From Promethearchaeota archaeon (GTDB lineage: Archaea; Asgardarchaeota; Lokiarchaeia; Sigyniarchaeales; SOKP01): a DNA stretch of 43,752 nucleotides. The notes under the pieces are model-generated. The model saw nothing but the letters and a program-made list of their open reading frames with translations. It ran no database searches and had not been told where the DNA came from. A program made the translations under genes and the position numbers. This document shows, piece by piece, positions 28,272-38,263 of this stretch. The first letter of the stretch is position 1; each line of letters starts with the position of its first letter. Location of the stretch: the NCBI GenBank assembly GCA_048938005.1, contig JBHLMQ010000023.1, positions 1-43,752 on the forward strand, given 5' to 3'.

Positions 28272-29630
28272 CTAATTAAACATTTCCATGAAAGCCCCTA
28301 AGCGAGTTTTAACTTGTTCGACATTCTCGCCAATTTTATTAAAATTTAGAGCTATACTTGGAATTTCTATTTCTCGACGAATTTTTTCCTTTAACATTGT
28401 GAAACAATTGGATACTGAATGGCATCCAAAAAGCTGAATAAAAACGAGACCATCAGCATTTAATTTTTTTGCAATCCTCATATACGAATCCGATAGAGCA
28501 TCATTGTCGCATCCAATTCCATTTACTGTTGCATTCATCAAATAATGAGCATAAGCTTCTACTGGATCAGATACTTTATTTATGGGGATATCTTCTAAAA
28601 GCAATAACATATCCCAATCTGCATATAAAGCCCGACCTCCTAATTCATAAATTATGTCATGGCTTTTTGGTTCCCACCCACCAAACATAGGTGTAATTAA
28701 AATACGTGGCATATTCCCAACATCCATACCAATTTTATTTCTGATTCTCTCTTTCATCTCCTTTACTAATGATGCCATATTATCTCGATATCGGACTGCA
28801 TTAGAATTATAGTCCTGAAAACTATTATTTAATATTACTAATATTTCACTAAAAGTAGCGGGATTGCAAGGATAAAAATCAGATGAGCTTATTTCATAAA
28901 GAATCGTTTTGTAATAATTTCTTATATCATTAGCAACTTGAAAATGATTTCTTAGTATATTTCGATCATATCTATTTCCGCTTACTTTTTCTAATTCTTC
29001 AATAGCTTCATAAAGATTCTCAGTAAGTAATTCTAATGCATTCCCAATGTTTCTTGGAGGGACATCAATCCAAATCTGTTTAGCTGGATTAGCAACTGTC
29101 TTCAATGATTCTAAATATTTATTCCAAGCACTACATCGAATAGTATAATTTAATGTAGCTTCTACATTCTTTCCTTTACTGACATGCATTCCATAGAGAG
29201 ACTTTATCCCATAACAAAAGTCAGTAGGAACACCATTTTCTATTCCAAGATCATACATTTCATTATACTTTTTATTTACCGTATCTATTACATTTTCAAT
29301 AATTTCATCTATAATTTTGTTCACATCCCCAATACCAAGATTTTTTATAAATCCTAAAAAATTTGCAACATTTTTCCAACCAAAAATATTGGAAGCAGAA
29401 CCCAAATATGTTAAATATTTATGCATTTCAAAATTATGCATTCTAATTGGAAAAACAGGAACTAAATCTGGAAATCCATAAACTAAATCAGAAAATGGTA
29501 ATGCCACTGAAATTAATTTCTTTTTTTCTCGAAATTTCTTCCTTTTTAAATAATCTCTGCCTGTTAAAAGATTATAAGCAATTCTTAAAACTGAGCTAAA
29601 ACGAATTATTTCATCAGCAATAAGACTCAC
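28272..29630 (-). CDS. 2-hydroxyacyl-CoA dehydratase subunit (HgdA/B, BcrB/C-like)
   Basis: DFCYG, IRCSAW, IDVPP, ADGLVFIQLFGCH, TRLGAFMEM; GTG start 3 nt after the partner subunit's stop. Confidence 0.85.
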   Translation of the reverse strand: MSLIADEIIRFSSVLRIAYNLLTGRDYLKRKKFREKKKLISVALPFSDLVYGFPDLVPVFPIRMHNFEMHKYLTYLGSASNIFGWKNVANFLGFIKNLGIGDVNKIIDEIIENVIDTVNKKYNEMYDLGIENGVPTDFCYGIKSLYGMHVSKGKNVEATLNYTIRCSAWNKYLESLKTVANPAKQIWIDVPPRNIGNALELLTENLYEAIEELEKVSGNRYDRNILRNHFQVANDIRNYYKTILYEISSSDFYPCNPATFSEILVILNNSFQDYNSNAVRYRDNMASLVKEMKERIRNKIGMDVGNMPRILITPMFGGWEPKSHDIIYELGGRALYADWDMLLLLEDIPINKVSDPVEAYAHYLMNATVNGIGCDNDALSDSYMRIAKKLNADGLVFIQLFGCHSVSNCFTMLKEKIRREIEIPSIALNFNKIGENVEQVKTRLGAFMEMFN

Positions 29631-29633
29631 TTT

Positions 29634-30770
29634 TTAAATCATCTCCAAAAATGCTTCTATCCTTGTAGTAAGTTGACCACGAATAGCCCTCGAATAGTCT
29701 CTCTCCAAATTTAAAACTTGAATTCCTTTTTCCTGTAATTTATTTTTTAAATGTGTTGACATAAGAGAAATATGATCGCAGAATTTTATAATATGGTTTA
29801 TAATGCCTAATTTTCTTCCTGTTTTCTCAAAGTAATCCTGGTAGACTTTTTCAATTTGCGATATTTTATTTTCTAAAAAATTAGGAACTGAATGATCTCC
29901 AAAAATATTATTTTTAAAACGATGAGTCAGTAAATCATAAGGATTTTGTATTGATTCTAAAATCTTATCTTCAAAAATTTGTGAATAATAGTTATCTCCT
30001 ACCCATGTATCAAAAAATATAACATTTCCCCCTCCCTCTTCTATTAGATCAATCAAATTATCATTTATAAAAACAGAGCCACCGGTTATTAAAATATGTT
30101 TTGAATTTGTAGAATTCTGAATTTGATTTTCCCTATACTTTAGAATATATGACTCTAATTTGGGGAGAAATATAGGTCCATACAGAATTGCCTTTTGAAT
30201 TATTTTTAGTTTTTCCGATCCTTTAATGTTTAAAAAACTAAAGTTTAGCAGCTTTTTCTTAAATAGATTATATTTTTTAATACTCTCTTTCAAGTCCTCA
30301 TCTTTTATTTCATTACCATTTATTTTTTCTAATTGTTTTTTCAACTCAAATAATTCCAATTTGAAATATTTCAAACTATTATCATTATTAGTATATGCTA
30401 TATAAAAATTTAAGCGGGGTATATCAAAATATTTAGAGATAATTTCAGAGGCACAAATATCTGAAACACAATGGTTAGATACAATGAAATAATCAACCAA
30501 ATCTAAAAATCTATATTGATTAGGTTTTGTAGAAAATAAACCTATACATGATTGAGCAAATGCACAAGTAGAGGGGGGCAAATAATCATGGCTGGCATCC
30601 ATCAATTCATCATTCCCAGCAAAAATTAATCTTAAGGGGATGAAACCTCCAGCATCTAATAGTTCTTCTGGGATATTATCATGAGAAATAAAGGCTATAA
30701 TCCTTTTTCCTTCTTCTTTCTTCTCTCTTAAAAATGCGGTATATTCAGATAAAAGCTCTAAATTATCCAT
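29634..30770 (-). CDS. 2-hydroxyacyl-CoA dehydratase subunit (HgdA/B, BcrB/C-like)
   Basis: PEELLDAGGFIP, TCAFAQS, NHCVSD, IKFCD, LERDY....GQLTTRIEAFLEMI. Confidence 0.9.
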   Translation of the reverse strand: MDNLELLSEYTAFLREKKEEGKRIIAFISHDNIPEELLDAGGFIPLRLIFAGNDELMDASHDYLPPSTCAFAQSCIGLFSTKPNQYRFLDLVDYFIVSNHCVSDICASEIISKYFDIPRLNFYIAYTNNDNSLKYFKLELFELKKQLEKINGNEIKDEDLKESIKKYNLFKKKLLNFSFLNIKGSEKLKIIQKAILYGPIFLPKLESYILKYRENQIQNSTNSKHILITGGSVFINDNLIDLIEEGGGNVIFFDTWVGDNYYSQIFEDKILESIQNPYDLLTHRFKNNIFGDHSVPNFLENKISQIEKVYQDYFEKTGRKLGIINHIIKFCDHISLMSTHLKNKLQEKGIQVLNLERDYSRAIRGQLTTRIEAFLEMI

Positions 30771-30879
30771 ATTGTTGATGTTAAAAACTTTGAATTATTT
30801 ATCAAAAAAGAGTTAATTGCTCATAAAATTTTTTATTATTAACAAAAACACTAATTCAAAAAATAGTTTTTAAAATAAT

Positions 30880-31671
30880 TCAGTTACTATTTTGATTTTG
30901 TGCAATTAATGCTGCTCCAATTGCTCCAGTAAGTTGAGCAGAGCTTTTTCCATTAAGTACTGGTGTAAAAATCTCGAACCCTAATTCTAGCTCTAAAAAT
31001 TTTTTAACTGCGATATTTTTAGCTACTCCACCACAAAAAACTAAAAGAGGTGCAACTCCAATGCGTTTAGCCATTCCAGCAACTCTCCTTGCGATTGATT
31101 TATGAATTCCCGCAGCAATATCTTCTTTTCTTGTTCCTTTTGCAAAGAGTGATATAACTTCAGATTCAGCAAAAACAGTACATGTAGAACTAATTGATGC
31201 TGGATTTTTAGAATTAAGAGCTAAATCTCCAATTTCCTGAATGGGAACTTCAAGAGCTCCAGCCATCACTTCAATAAAACGACCTGTTCCTGCGGCACAT
31301 TTATCATTCATGTTAAAATCAATTACACTCCCTGTCTTCTTAGAAATCACAATAGCTTTAGAATCTTGACCACCAATATCTATAACAGAATGCGCTTCCG
31401 GAAAAAAATATTGTACTCCACGTGCATGTGCCGTGATTTCTGTAATACGTTCATCGGCAAATGATACAGTATTTCTTCCGTATCCTGTGCTCATAACATA
31501 AACATCATTTTTCTTTAGGTTATGTTGTTCTAAAAGATCATTGAATAAATTGTTACCAACACGTTTAAAATCAAAAGTAGATCGCCCTATACGATAATCA
31601 ATAATATTCTTATTATCAAGCAACACTACTTTTGTCTCAAGACTACCGATGTCAACTCCACAAGTCTTCAA
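30880..31671 (-). CDS. 2-hydroxyacyl-CoA dehydratase activator (HgdC/BadF-BadG ASKHA ATPase)
   Basis: GVDIGSLETK, TGYGR, EITAH, DIGGQDSK, MNDKCAAGTGRF, CTVFAESE, GGVAKN. Confidence 0.95.
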   Translation of the reverse strand: MKTCGVDIGSLETKVVLLDNKNIIDYRIGRSTFDFKRVGNNLFNDLLEQHNLKKNDVYVMSTGYGRNTVSFADERITEITAHARGVQYFFPEAHSVIDIGGQDSKAIVISKKTGSVIDFNMNDKCAAGTGRFIEVMAGALEVPIQEIGDLALNSKNPASISSTCTVFAESEVISLFAKGTRKEDIAAGIHKSIARRVAGMAKRIGVAPLLVFCGGVAKNIAVKKFLELELGFEIFTPVLNGKSSAQLTGAIGAALIAQNQNSN

Positions 31672-31750
31672 TTTTTACTACATCTTCTATTTTATGAACT
31701 TGATACTTTAGTAAATGAAAATCAGAAATTAAAATTTATCACACAGTTTT

Positions 31751-32461
31751 CTAATTTCCTAATAAAAAAATCGAAATTAAAAGAGTTATCAAAAAAGCAA
31801 AAGACATCTGAAGTATATTTTTGGAGATGGATTCTCGTGAAACTACTCCTAAAAAGACTCCAAGTAAAACTATACAACCAAGAATTATTAAAAATGATAT
31901 AATAAAAGTTAATAAATGAGCCGATTGTACAAAGAAAAAGGGAATTAAAGATATAAATCCTCCTAGAAATGGAGAACCGCCATTTACTATTGAGACAACA
32001 ATAGTAGCAAAACTCTCAGCTTTTTCTTGGAGAGTCTTGGTTTTTTTATTCTTTTTCTTTATTTTACTTTTTACTTTTAGATTTACATTACGGTTTATTT
32101 TAATCATCATTGCTCTTTCAATCTCTTTAACATCTAATTCTCGCCGAATTGTTTGTTCTTCATCTTCATTTATTAACATTGCTTTATCTAGTTCGTCTTT
32201 AATTTTTTTTTGTTCAGCTCTTTCTGAAAGATATGATCCAGTTAACCCAGAAATAAACATGGATATAGAACTACCTAAACCTGTTAAAATAACAAAACTA
32301 CTATCTACAGAGGGTTGTCCTCCCTTAAGAATTAAAACAAAAAACCCTAATAATATACCTAAAACTGTTAGCATACCATCATAAAAATTATTTACAAAAT
32401 ATCGTCGAGCAATTGCCCATAAATTTGTGATTTTTGCGTAGGTTTTGATTTTTTCTAACAT
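31751..32461 (-). CDS. VIT1/CCC1-like membrane transporter (archaeal type)
   Basis: ARRYFVNNFYDG.LT..G, SG..GSYLSERAE, NGGSP, five-TM pattern. Confidence 0.8.
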   Translation of the reverse strand: MLEKIKTYAKITNLWAIARRYFVNNFYDGMLTVLGILLGFFVLILKGGQPSVDSSFVILTGLGSSISMFISGLTGSYLSERAEQKKIKDELDKAMLINEDEEQTIRRELDVKEIERAMMIKINRNVNLKVKSKIKKKNKKTKTLQEKAESFATIVVSIVNGGSPFLGGFISLIPFFFVQSAHLLTFIISFLIILGCIVLLGVFLGVVSRESISKNILQMSFAFLITLLISIFLLGN

Positions 32462-32577
32462 TTTATTTAGTATGTAAACAACAATTGATAGTAGAATTTC
32501 TTATTTAATCTATTCTAATCTTATTTTTCTATTTTAAGATATGATTCTCAATTAAAATTTTGAAATACCTTAGAATT

Positions 32578-33240
32578 TTAAATACCAAGTAGTATCGAAA
32601 CAATTAATGTTACTATACCTGCAGTAATTAAATGTAAAGCATAACGTAAACGGCCTCCTCCTGAAATTTGCCCTAGAAATATCCCTAAATATGTAAGCAA
32701 ACCAGCAAGTACCGCGTAAGAAAATATAAAATGTATCAACGTTAGAGATGTCCCAAAGAAAAAAGGAATTAGAGGAAGAGAACTTCCTAGAACTGGAGCA
32801 CCCCCATCTACTAATGAAGCTATAATTGTTGCGAATTTTTCAGCTTTTTCTAATAATGTTTTAGGTTTTTTTTTATTTCCTTTCTTAAATTTATTTTTTA
32901 TATATTTGAATTCCGGATTTTCAGTTTCTTCTTCAAAGTCTGCCATTTGCTTCTTCATGTCAAATACTTTTTTCTTTCTTTCAGCTTGCTCAGAAAGAAA
33001 CGCTCCCCACAACCCACTAATCCCAATTGCTAAAGCTGTTGCAAATCCAGTAATAAGAACATCTTGAGACTCAAAAGTTAAAGGTTCTGCAAGGAATATA
33101 ATAAAAATCCCACTTACGATTCCCGCACAAGTTAAGGCACCGTCAAAAGCATTGTTAAAAAATTTTCTTCTCGCAATTATTCCTAAATCAGACATTTTAG
33201 AGTATTCTTTCCACTGATGTATTTTCTCATTAATGTTCAT
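32578..33240 (-). CDS. VIT1/CCC1-like membrane transporter (archaeal type), tandem paralog
   Basis: ARRKFFNNAFDGALT, ISGLWGAFLSEQAE, DGGAP; shares KTL.EKAE.FATI with its neighbour. Confidence 0.8.
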   Translation of the reverse strand: MNINEKIHQWKEYSKMSDLGIIARRKFFNNAFDGALTCAGIVSGIFIIFLAEPLTFESQDVLITGFATALAIGISGLWGAFLSEQAERKKKVFDMKKQMADFEEETENPEFKYIKNKFKKGNKKKPKTLLEKAEKFATIIASLVDGGAPVLGSSLPLIPFFFGTSLTLIHFIFSYAVLAGLLTYLGIFLGQISGGGRLRYALHLITAGIVTLIVSILLGI

Positions 33241-33451
33241 TAAGCTATTTTTTCACCTTTTATCAATGTTTATACGTCAAGATTATAAGTTTATCAATAA
33301 AATTATTACTTTAATAAGATCTATTTAATTCATTTTCAATTTACTTATAATTTAAATTAAGAATATATTAAAATTTCTCTAAATACTATATTTTTTATTG
33401 ATCAATTTTTTATATTTATAAGAGTTAATTAAATATTTAAATGGAATTCTT

Positions 33452-34087
33452 ATGAATAAGATTAAAGAAGAAATCATATCAATGCTTATTGAGCATTCTA
33501 GGATTATTTATTCTGTTCTTAGTGATATGGGGGTTTTTTACAATAGATGGTCTGAAAATTACGAAAAGCATAAAGCATCACTGGAAAAGAAAAAGAGTAA
33601 AATGCAATTATCTGAGGAAGACGCAGATGCTATCAAAATCCAACTAATTCAAAATTTTTCAGAATCCGGAGCAGGATTAGGTAATTTTGTAGCCTTAATT
33701 TTAAAAATGGATAATGTAATTAACTATCCCCTGGAGTTTGTGGACATATTACCTAAAATTAAATTCGATATTAATAGTAATCAAGAGATAACAAAACAAT
33801 ATGAAAAGTTAATTAATGAAATAATTAAAATGGCTGATGTATTAAAATCAACCATAAAAAGTTTAAGAGATAAACCAGATGCAGTATTTAAGCACACAAC
33901 GACGATTCATGAAATTGAAAATGAAATTGATACAATATACAGGCAATTTCTTGAATATTTGTATTCTAATGAAGGTTTAGATATAAGGATACTTTTACGA
34001 TTACGGGATAGCATTGTATTGTTGGAACAGTTAGCAGATCGTATCCACGATATAGCTGATCTGATAAGGATTTTGATTTATCAATAA
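33452..34087 (+). CDS. DUF47/PhoU-like phosphate transport regulator
   Basis: EEDADAIK, IHEIENEIDTIYR, LEQLADRIHDIAD helical-bundle motifs. Confidence 0.8.
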   Translation: MNKIKEEIISMLIEHSRIIYSVLSDMGVFYNRWSENYEKHKASLEKKKSKMQLSEEDADAIKIQLIQNFSESGAGLGNFVALILKMDNVINYPLEFVDILPKIKFDINSNQEITKQYEKLINEIIKMADVLKSTIKSLRDKPDAVFKHTTTIHEIENEIDTIYRQFLEYLYSNEGLDIRILLRLRDSIVLLEQLADRIHDIADLIRILIYQ

Positions 34088-34091
34088 TTTT

Positions 34092-34109
34092 TGTATCAAT
34101 TATGATACA
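34092..34109. promoter_or_regulatory. Inverted repeat TGTATCA-N4-TGATACA (operator or terminator hairpin)
   Basis: Perfect 7-bp arms just after the DUF47 stop and upstream of the methyltransferase gene. Confidence 0.35.
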
Positions 34110-34169
34110 TAAAAAACAAGAAAGTTCGTATTTAATCACTTAAAATATCTTGAAATTTTTTTCCAAATT

Positions 34170-34853
34170 ATGAAAGATCGAGGAGAAAATAGTTTTATTA
34201 AATTATCTAGATTTGCAGCTAGATTATATGATAAAATGATGCAATTAGAACCAATGAAAGTTCAGAGAGTTCAGATTGCTCAAGAGTTATTAAATATTAT
34301 TAATAAAGGGAGATTACTCGATATTGGAACAGGACATGGACGATTATTAGTAGAAATTAATAATATAAATCCCAATATTGAACTATATGGCATTGATATT
34401 TCAGAAAAAATGATAGAACTTGCTAAAAATAATCTTAATAATATTCATGCTAATCTTCAGCAAGGGAATATATGTTCTACTAATTTTCAAGAGGATTTTT
34501 TTGATCTAATAACATGTACAGGAAGTTTATATCTTTGGAATTCTCCCATTGAAGCTTTAAATGAAATAAACCGTATTTTAAAACCTGGTAAAGTTGCAAT
34601 ATTATTTGAATCTCATAAAGAATATAATAAACATGAATTGAAAGAAGGAATGAAATCTAATCTTCAAAATGAAAGCTTTTTAAATCGAAAAATAGTTCCC
34701 TTTTTCTTAAAAAAGCAGTTAAAAATGACCTATCAATTAGATGAATTAAATGAGATTATAAATAAATCATTATTTAGTGCCAATTTTACTATTAATAAAA
34801 TAATTTTAGCAAATTTACCGATTTGGTTAAAAATTGAACTGAAAAAAGTATAA
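34170..34853 (+). CDS. Class I SAM-dependent methyltransferase
   Basis: LLDIGTGHG, GIDISEKMI, FDLI, RILKPGK. Confidence 0.9.
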   Translation: MKDRGENSFIKLSRFAARLYDKMMQLEPMKVQRVQIAQELLNIINKGRLLDIGTGHGRLLVEINNINPNIELYGIDISEKMIELAKNNLNNIHANLQQGNICSTNFQEDFFDLITCTGSLYLWNSPIEALNEINRILKPGKVAILFESHKEYNKHELKEGMKSNLQNESFLNRKIVPFFLKKQLKMTYQLDELNEIINKSLFSANFTINKIILANLPIWLKIELKKV

Positions 34854-34866
34854 TATGTGAAAAAGA

Positions 34867-35736
34867 TTGAAATTGAAAGGAATTGATAAGTTTCGTGAAA
34901 AGATACCTAAATTCTCAGGAAAAAAAATAGCATTTCTTCCGCTCTATTTACTTTCTGTTCTGATAGTTAGTATTTTTATTCAATTCCTATTTGATATTTT
35001 ACCAACAATATTACCATCAGATGGAATACTAGGATTTTTTCTCCCATGGTTTCCGGTCTTTGGAGTGCTTATGATGGGGCTAATAGGATTATTCTTAGTT
35101 TTTCAAATGTGGTTCCAACGAGATCGCTTAAAAGCGAAATATGGGCAATTATCTTATCAAAAAGTATTTCTTGCGGGATTTGGGGGTGTAGTCGTTATAT
35201 TCAGCATAATAATTCATAATTATATTGCATTTTATAATTGGAATGTTAGATTTTGGTCTCAATTTCCCTATTTTGTGCTTTCAACACCCTTAACTTCATA
35301 TATCACTACAATTTCTCTAATTTTTGAATATTTGCGTTTGATTTGTGGATTATTCTTAGGTCTATTGGGAATATTAATGATTTTTAGAGCAATTTCTACA
35401 TTTGGCTTTGATTACATGACCGTCGTATATCTATATTTTCCTGAAGAAAGCAAACTGCAAGATCATAAAATTTACTCGGTGTTACGGCATCCAACATATG
35501 GAGGTCTTCTAATAATATGTTTAGGAGGTGCTGTTCTCCAATTAAATCTCTATTCAATTATATTCTTCTTTATTTTACACTTCGGAATGTTTATTCATAT
35601 TCACTTTGTGGAAGAAAAAGAATTAATTAATCGATTTGGCAATTCATATAAAGAGTATAGAAAAAAAATCCCGGCTTTTTTTGTGCGTCCAAAAAATTGG
35701 GGTCAATTTTTTAAATTTATTTTAGGAAAAGAATAG
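34867..35736 (+). CDS. Isoprenylcysteine carboxylmethyltransferase/PEMT-family membrane methyltransferase
   Basis: IYSVLRHPTY, EEKEL..RFG..Y.EY.KK.P; multiple TM helices; TTG start. Confidence 0.85.
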   Translation: MKLKGIDKFREKIPKFSGKKIAFLPLYLLSVLIVSIFIQFLFDILPTILPSDGILGFFLPWFPVFGVLMMGLIGLFLVFQMWFQRDRLKAKYGQLSYQKVFLAGFGGVVVIFSIIIHNYIAFYNWNVRFWSQFPYFVLSTPLTSYITTISLIFEYLRLICGLFLGLLGILMIFRAISTFGFDYMTVVYLYFPEESKLQDHKIYSVLRHPTYGGLLIICLGGAVLQLNLYSIIFFFILHFGMFIHIHFVEEKELINRFGNSYKEYRKKIPAFFVRPKNWGQFFKFILGKE

Positions 35737-35820
35737 AATTTTGACATTAATCTACTCTTTTTTGTTTTCAATATTTGAAATAATTATAAAAATTCCCAAA
35801 TATTATCTGAAGATTATATT

Positions 35821-36141
35821 ATGACGACTTTGGATGAAATAGAAAAAAAATATAGGGAAAAGGAAGCTGAAATTCAAAAAGAAATTTCAATAGATTTTGA
35901 TTCTGTTCTTGGCAAAATCTATTCTAAATATGAGCAAGACTATCGGGATTTGGGCAAAGTTAAGAAAGAGAAAAGAGAATTAAAAGATAGAATCTCAGAA
36001 TTAAAAAATATTTTGAAATTATTTAAAAAAGAAATTAAAATATTAACTCTTAACAAAAAAGAAGCTCTGAAGAAAAGATTAGCTGAACTAAAAAAAGAAA
36101 AAGCTGAGGAAATCAAGAAATTGAGTGCTGAGATTGAATAA
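35821..36141 (+). CDS. Hypothetical highly charged coiled-coil protein
   Basis: 106-aa Lys/Glu-rich helical ORF with ATG start. Confidence 0.65.
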   Translation: MTTLDEIEKKYREKEAEIQKEISIDFDSVLGKIYSKYEQDYRDLGKVKKEKRELKDRISELKNILKLFKKEIKILTLNKKEALKKRLAELKKEKAEEIKKLSAEIE

Positions 36142-36471
36142 ATCATATATATAAAAGAATATATATTTAATAAGATTCCCCCCGAAAAGATAAGAGAATT
36201 TTCTTTTTAGAAGTTTTTTTGGTAAAAAACCCGGTATTTAATCTTTTTACATTCTAATATAAAATAAAAATTATAACAAATTTTTTATTAATCTAATAAA
36301 TCAGATCAATATATAAAAGCTTATTATAATCTCTTTTACAATTTTCTAATAAAATTTCTTTATTTTTCGACCTCATATTGTCCTGAAATGGAATTAAATT
36401 ATAAGTAGGTTAAGAATATCGAAAAAAAATCTGATATTTTATTTTTTATTCCCTAAAAGAAGTTTAATAAA

Positions 36472-37035
36472 TTATTTATTTTCTTTGTGAAGTAAGATAA
36501 TAGTTATTAGATTTGCTAAGTTTGAGAAATCAGTAGTCTCTGGATTATCGTTTTGAGGATCCCAACCAAATAGCATCTTTGCTGCCTTACTATATTTCAA
36601 TACATACCATTTCATAATTGTCATTTTGTGGTTCACATCTGAGACAAATTCTATTCGAGGTTTGAAATGATGAAATCCACGTATTACTGATACATCGTCT
36701 GGATTAGCCCTCATATTTTTTATCCAAGTTGCGTTCTCTCCTCTTGCAGCAAAGATAACAATAGTTCCTTCATATTGTCTGTATTCTAATGGAGTTCTTC
36801 TCGTTTTACCAGTTTTCCACCCTTTTGTCTTTAAAATTAGAAAAATCTTACCGAATCCTAATAAAGGCAATAATCTTGCTCTATACAAAGGGATCATCAA
36901 ATATTTATTTAGATTTTTCCATCTTTTTAAAGTCTTTTTTTTAGATACTTCATCTTTATAATGAAAGTTAAACATAACCGATCCAGGACGCGGTAATTGT
37001 TCATTATTAGTTTTAATATCGTTCGATTTAAACAT
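36472..37035 (-). CDS. Deazaflavin (F420)-dependent nitroreductase family (DDN-like) oxidoreductase
   Basis: LILKTKGWKTGKTRRTPL, A..G..ATWIKNMRANP. Confidence 0.8.
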   Translation of the reverse strand: MFKSNDIKTNNEQLPRPGSVMFNFHYKDEVSKKKTLKRWKNLNKYLMIPLYRARLLPLLGFGKIFLILKTKGWKTGKTRRTPLEYRQYEGTIVIFAARGENATWIKNMRANPDDVSVIRGFHHFKPRIEFVSDVNHKMTIMKWYVLKYSKAAKMLFGWDPQNDNPETTDFSNLANLITIILLHKENK

Positions 37036-37154
37036 TATCCTTCTTAAAATAATTTTAATATTTATGAATTTTAAACAATATTTTTCACTTAAATTTATTG
37101 AGATCTATTTTGAGAATAATAGTATAGAGCCCTAATTACGTTCTTATATTTTTT

Positions 37155-38255
37155 TTATTTTATTTCAAGACATTGGGCCAAACATCTTTTAACACAAGCA
37201 TTACAATTTATACATTTTTCAGGATTTTTTAAATCAACTTTTTTATCTTTTTCATCAAATAAATATAAGTTTCTGGGACATATTTCAATACATACTTTGC
37301 ATCCAATACATTTATCTCTCTTGATAATAATTTGGCCATACGGTTGTAATTTGTATTCACCAAACAAAAATTTCATTTTCTCCTTACCTTTTTTCCAAGT
37401 CTTTGCGCCTAATTCACTTTTATAAATTGGAGTTAAACCGTGAAAATCTTCTGCCATAATCAATGTAATTAAAAGAGAAGATATTATATTCCAAATTAGA
37501 TAGAAAATATCAAATATAATAAACAGATTAAATAGAACTATTAAAATAAGGATTATCCCCTCATAAATCCATACTTTTATTTTTCCTGCCTTCGTAGGAA
37601 AACTGGGCAAAATCAACATAGATCCATAAATTATAATAACGATAATTAAAATTGTATCTAAGTAAAGAATTAAATTCAAAATTGGTAAAAAAATAGCAGA
37701 TATCCAATAAATAGTTGAAATTAAAAGAATTAAAATAAAGAAATATAATGTAGCCATTTCGATTCTGTTAGAGATAGGAAACTTTACTATTCTCTGATCC
37801 TCTGATTTATTGAATTTTTGATTTATAAAAGAAGGGATATCTTTTGCATACACAGGTCCAAATTTTACGTTCCATCCTGTTTTTTTTTTAATGATGAGTG
37901 GATCTATTCCAGGAGCACTTAATTGAGGTAAAATTAAAGTTCTATGGGACACAAGAAGATCAATTCCACTAGTTTTTATAATTGACAAGACAGAATCTGT
38001 ATGAAAATCATCTCCACAGGCTCCACACCATACATTAATCCCTCTTGAAGGAGCAATTAATAAATAACAATTAAGGCTTTTAATTGCCTTTAAAACTCGT
38101 TTTACAGTTAAAATAAAATTACATGTAAGTAAAACAGGGCTTTCATTTGTAGGGTTTCCTATTTTTATAAGAGTTGGTTCTATAGGAAAACCAGTCCATC
38201 TTAAAAAATAACTTAGAAATAATTTTATTGACTCTTTTACCTTCATCTTTCTCAT
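37155..38255 (-). CDS. HgcAB-like fusion: corrinoid-binding (CdhD/HgcA) domain, TM helices and 2x[4Fe-4S] ferredoxin
   Basis: IGNP...SPVLLTCNF.LT, GINVWCGACG (cap helix), HRTLILPQLSAPG, TGW.VKFGPVYAKDIP; about 4 TM helices; CIGCKVCIEICP and CINCNACVKRC. Confidence 0.92.
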   Translation of the reverse strand: MRKMKVKESIKLFLSYFLRWTGFPIEPTLIKIGNPTNESPVLLTCNFILTVKRVLKAIKSLNCYLLIAPSRGINVWCGACGDDFHTDSVLSIIKTSGIDLLVSHRTLILPQLSAPGIDPLIIKKKTGWNVKFGPVYAKDIPSFINQKFNKSEDQRIVKFPISNRIEMATLYFFILILLISTIYWISAIFLPILNLILYLDTILIIVIIIYGSMLILPSFPTKAGKIKVWIYEGIILILIVLFNLFIIFDIFYLIWNIISSLLITLIMAEDFHGLTPIYKSELGAKTWKKGKEKMKFLFGEYKLQPYGQIIIKRDKCIGCKVCIEICPRNLYLFDEKDKKVDLKNPEKCINCNACVKRCLAQCLEIK

Positions 38256-38263
38256 ATCTAATA

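Noticed and set aside
28272-31671. Benzoyl-CoA reductase assignment
   Set aside because: Same protein families, but there is a single activator gene and no aromatic-degradation neighbours; it cannot be distinguished from a dehydratase without phylogeny.
36363-36426. TTTTTCGA...TCGAAAAA inverted repeat as a possible MITE
   Set aside because: Short low-complexity arms, with no target-site duplication or second copy seen.
37155-38255. Calling this a bona fide mercury methylase (hgcA/hgcB)
   Set aside because: Fused architecture, deviant cap helix and no HgcB C-terminal Cys pair; activity cannot be inferred.
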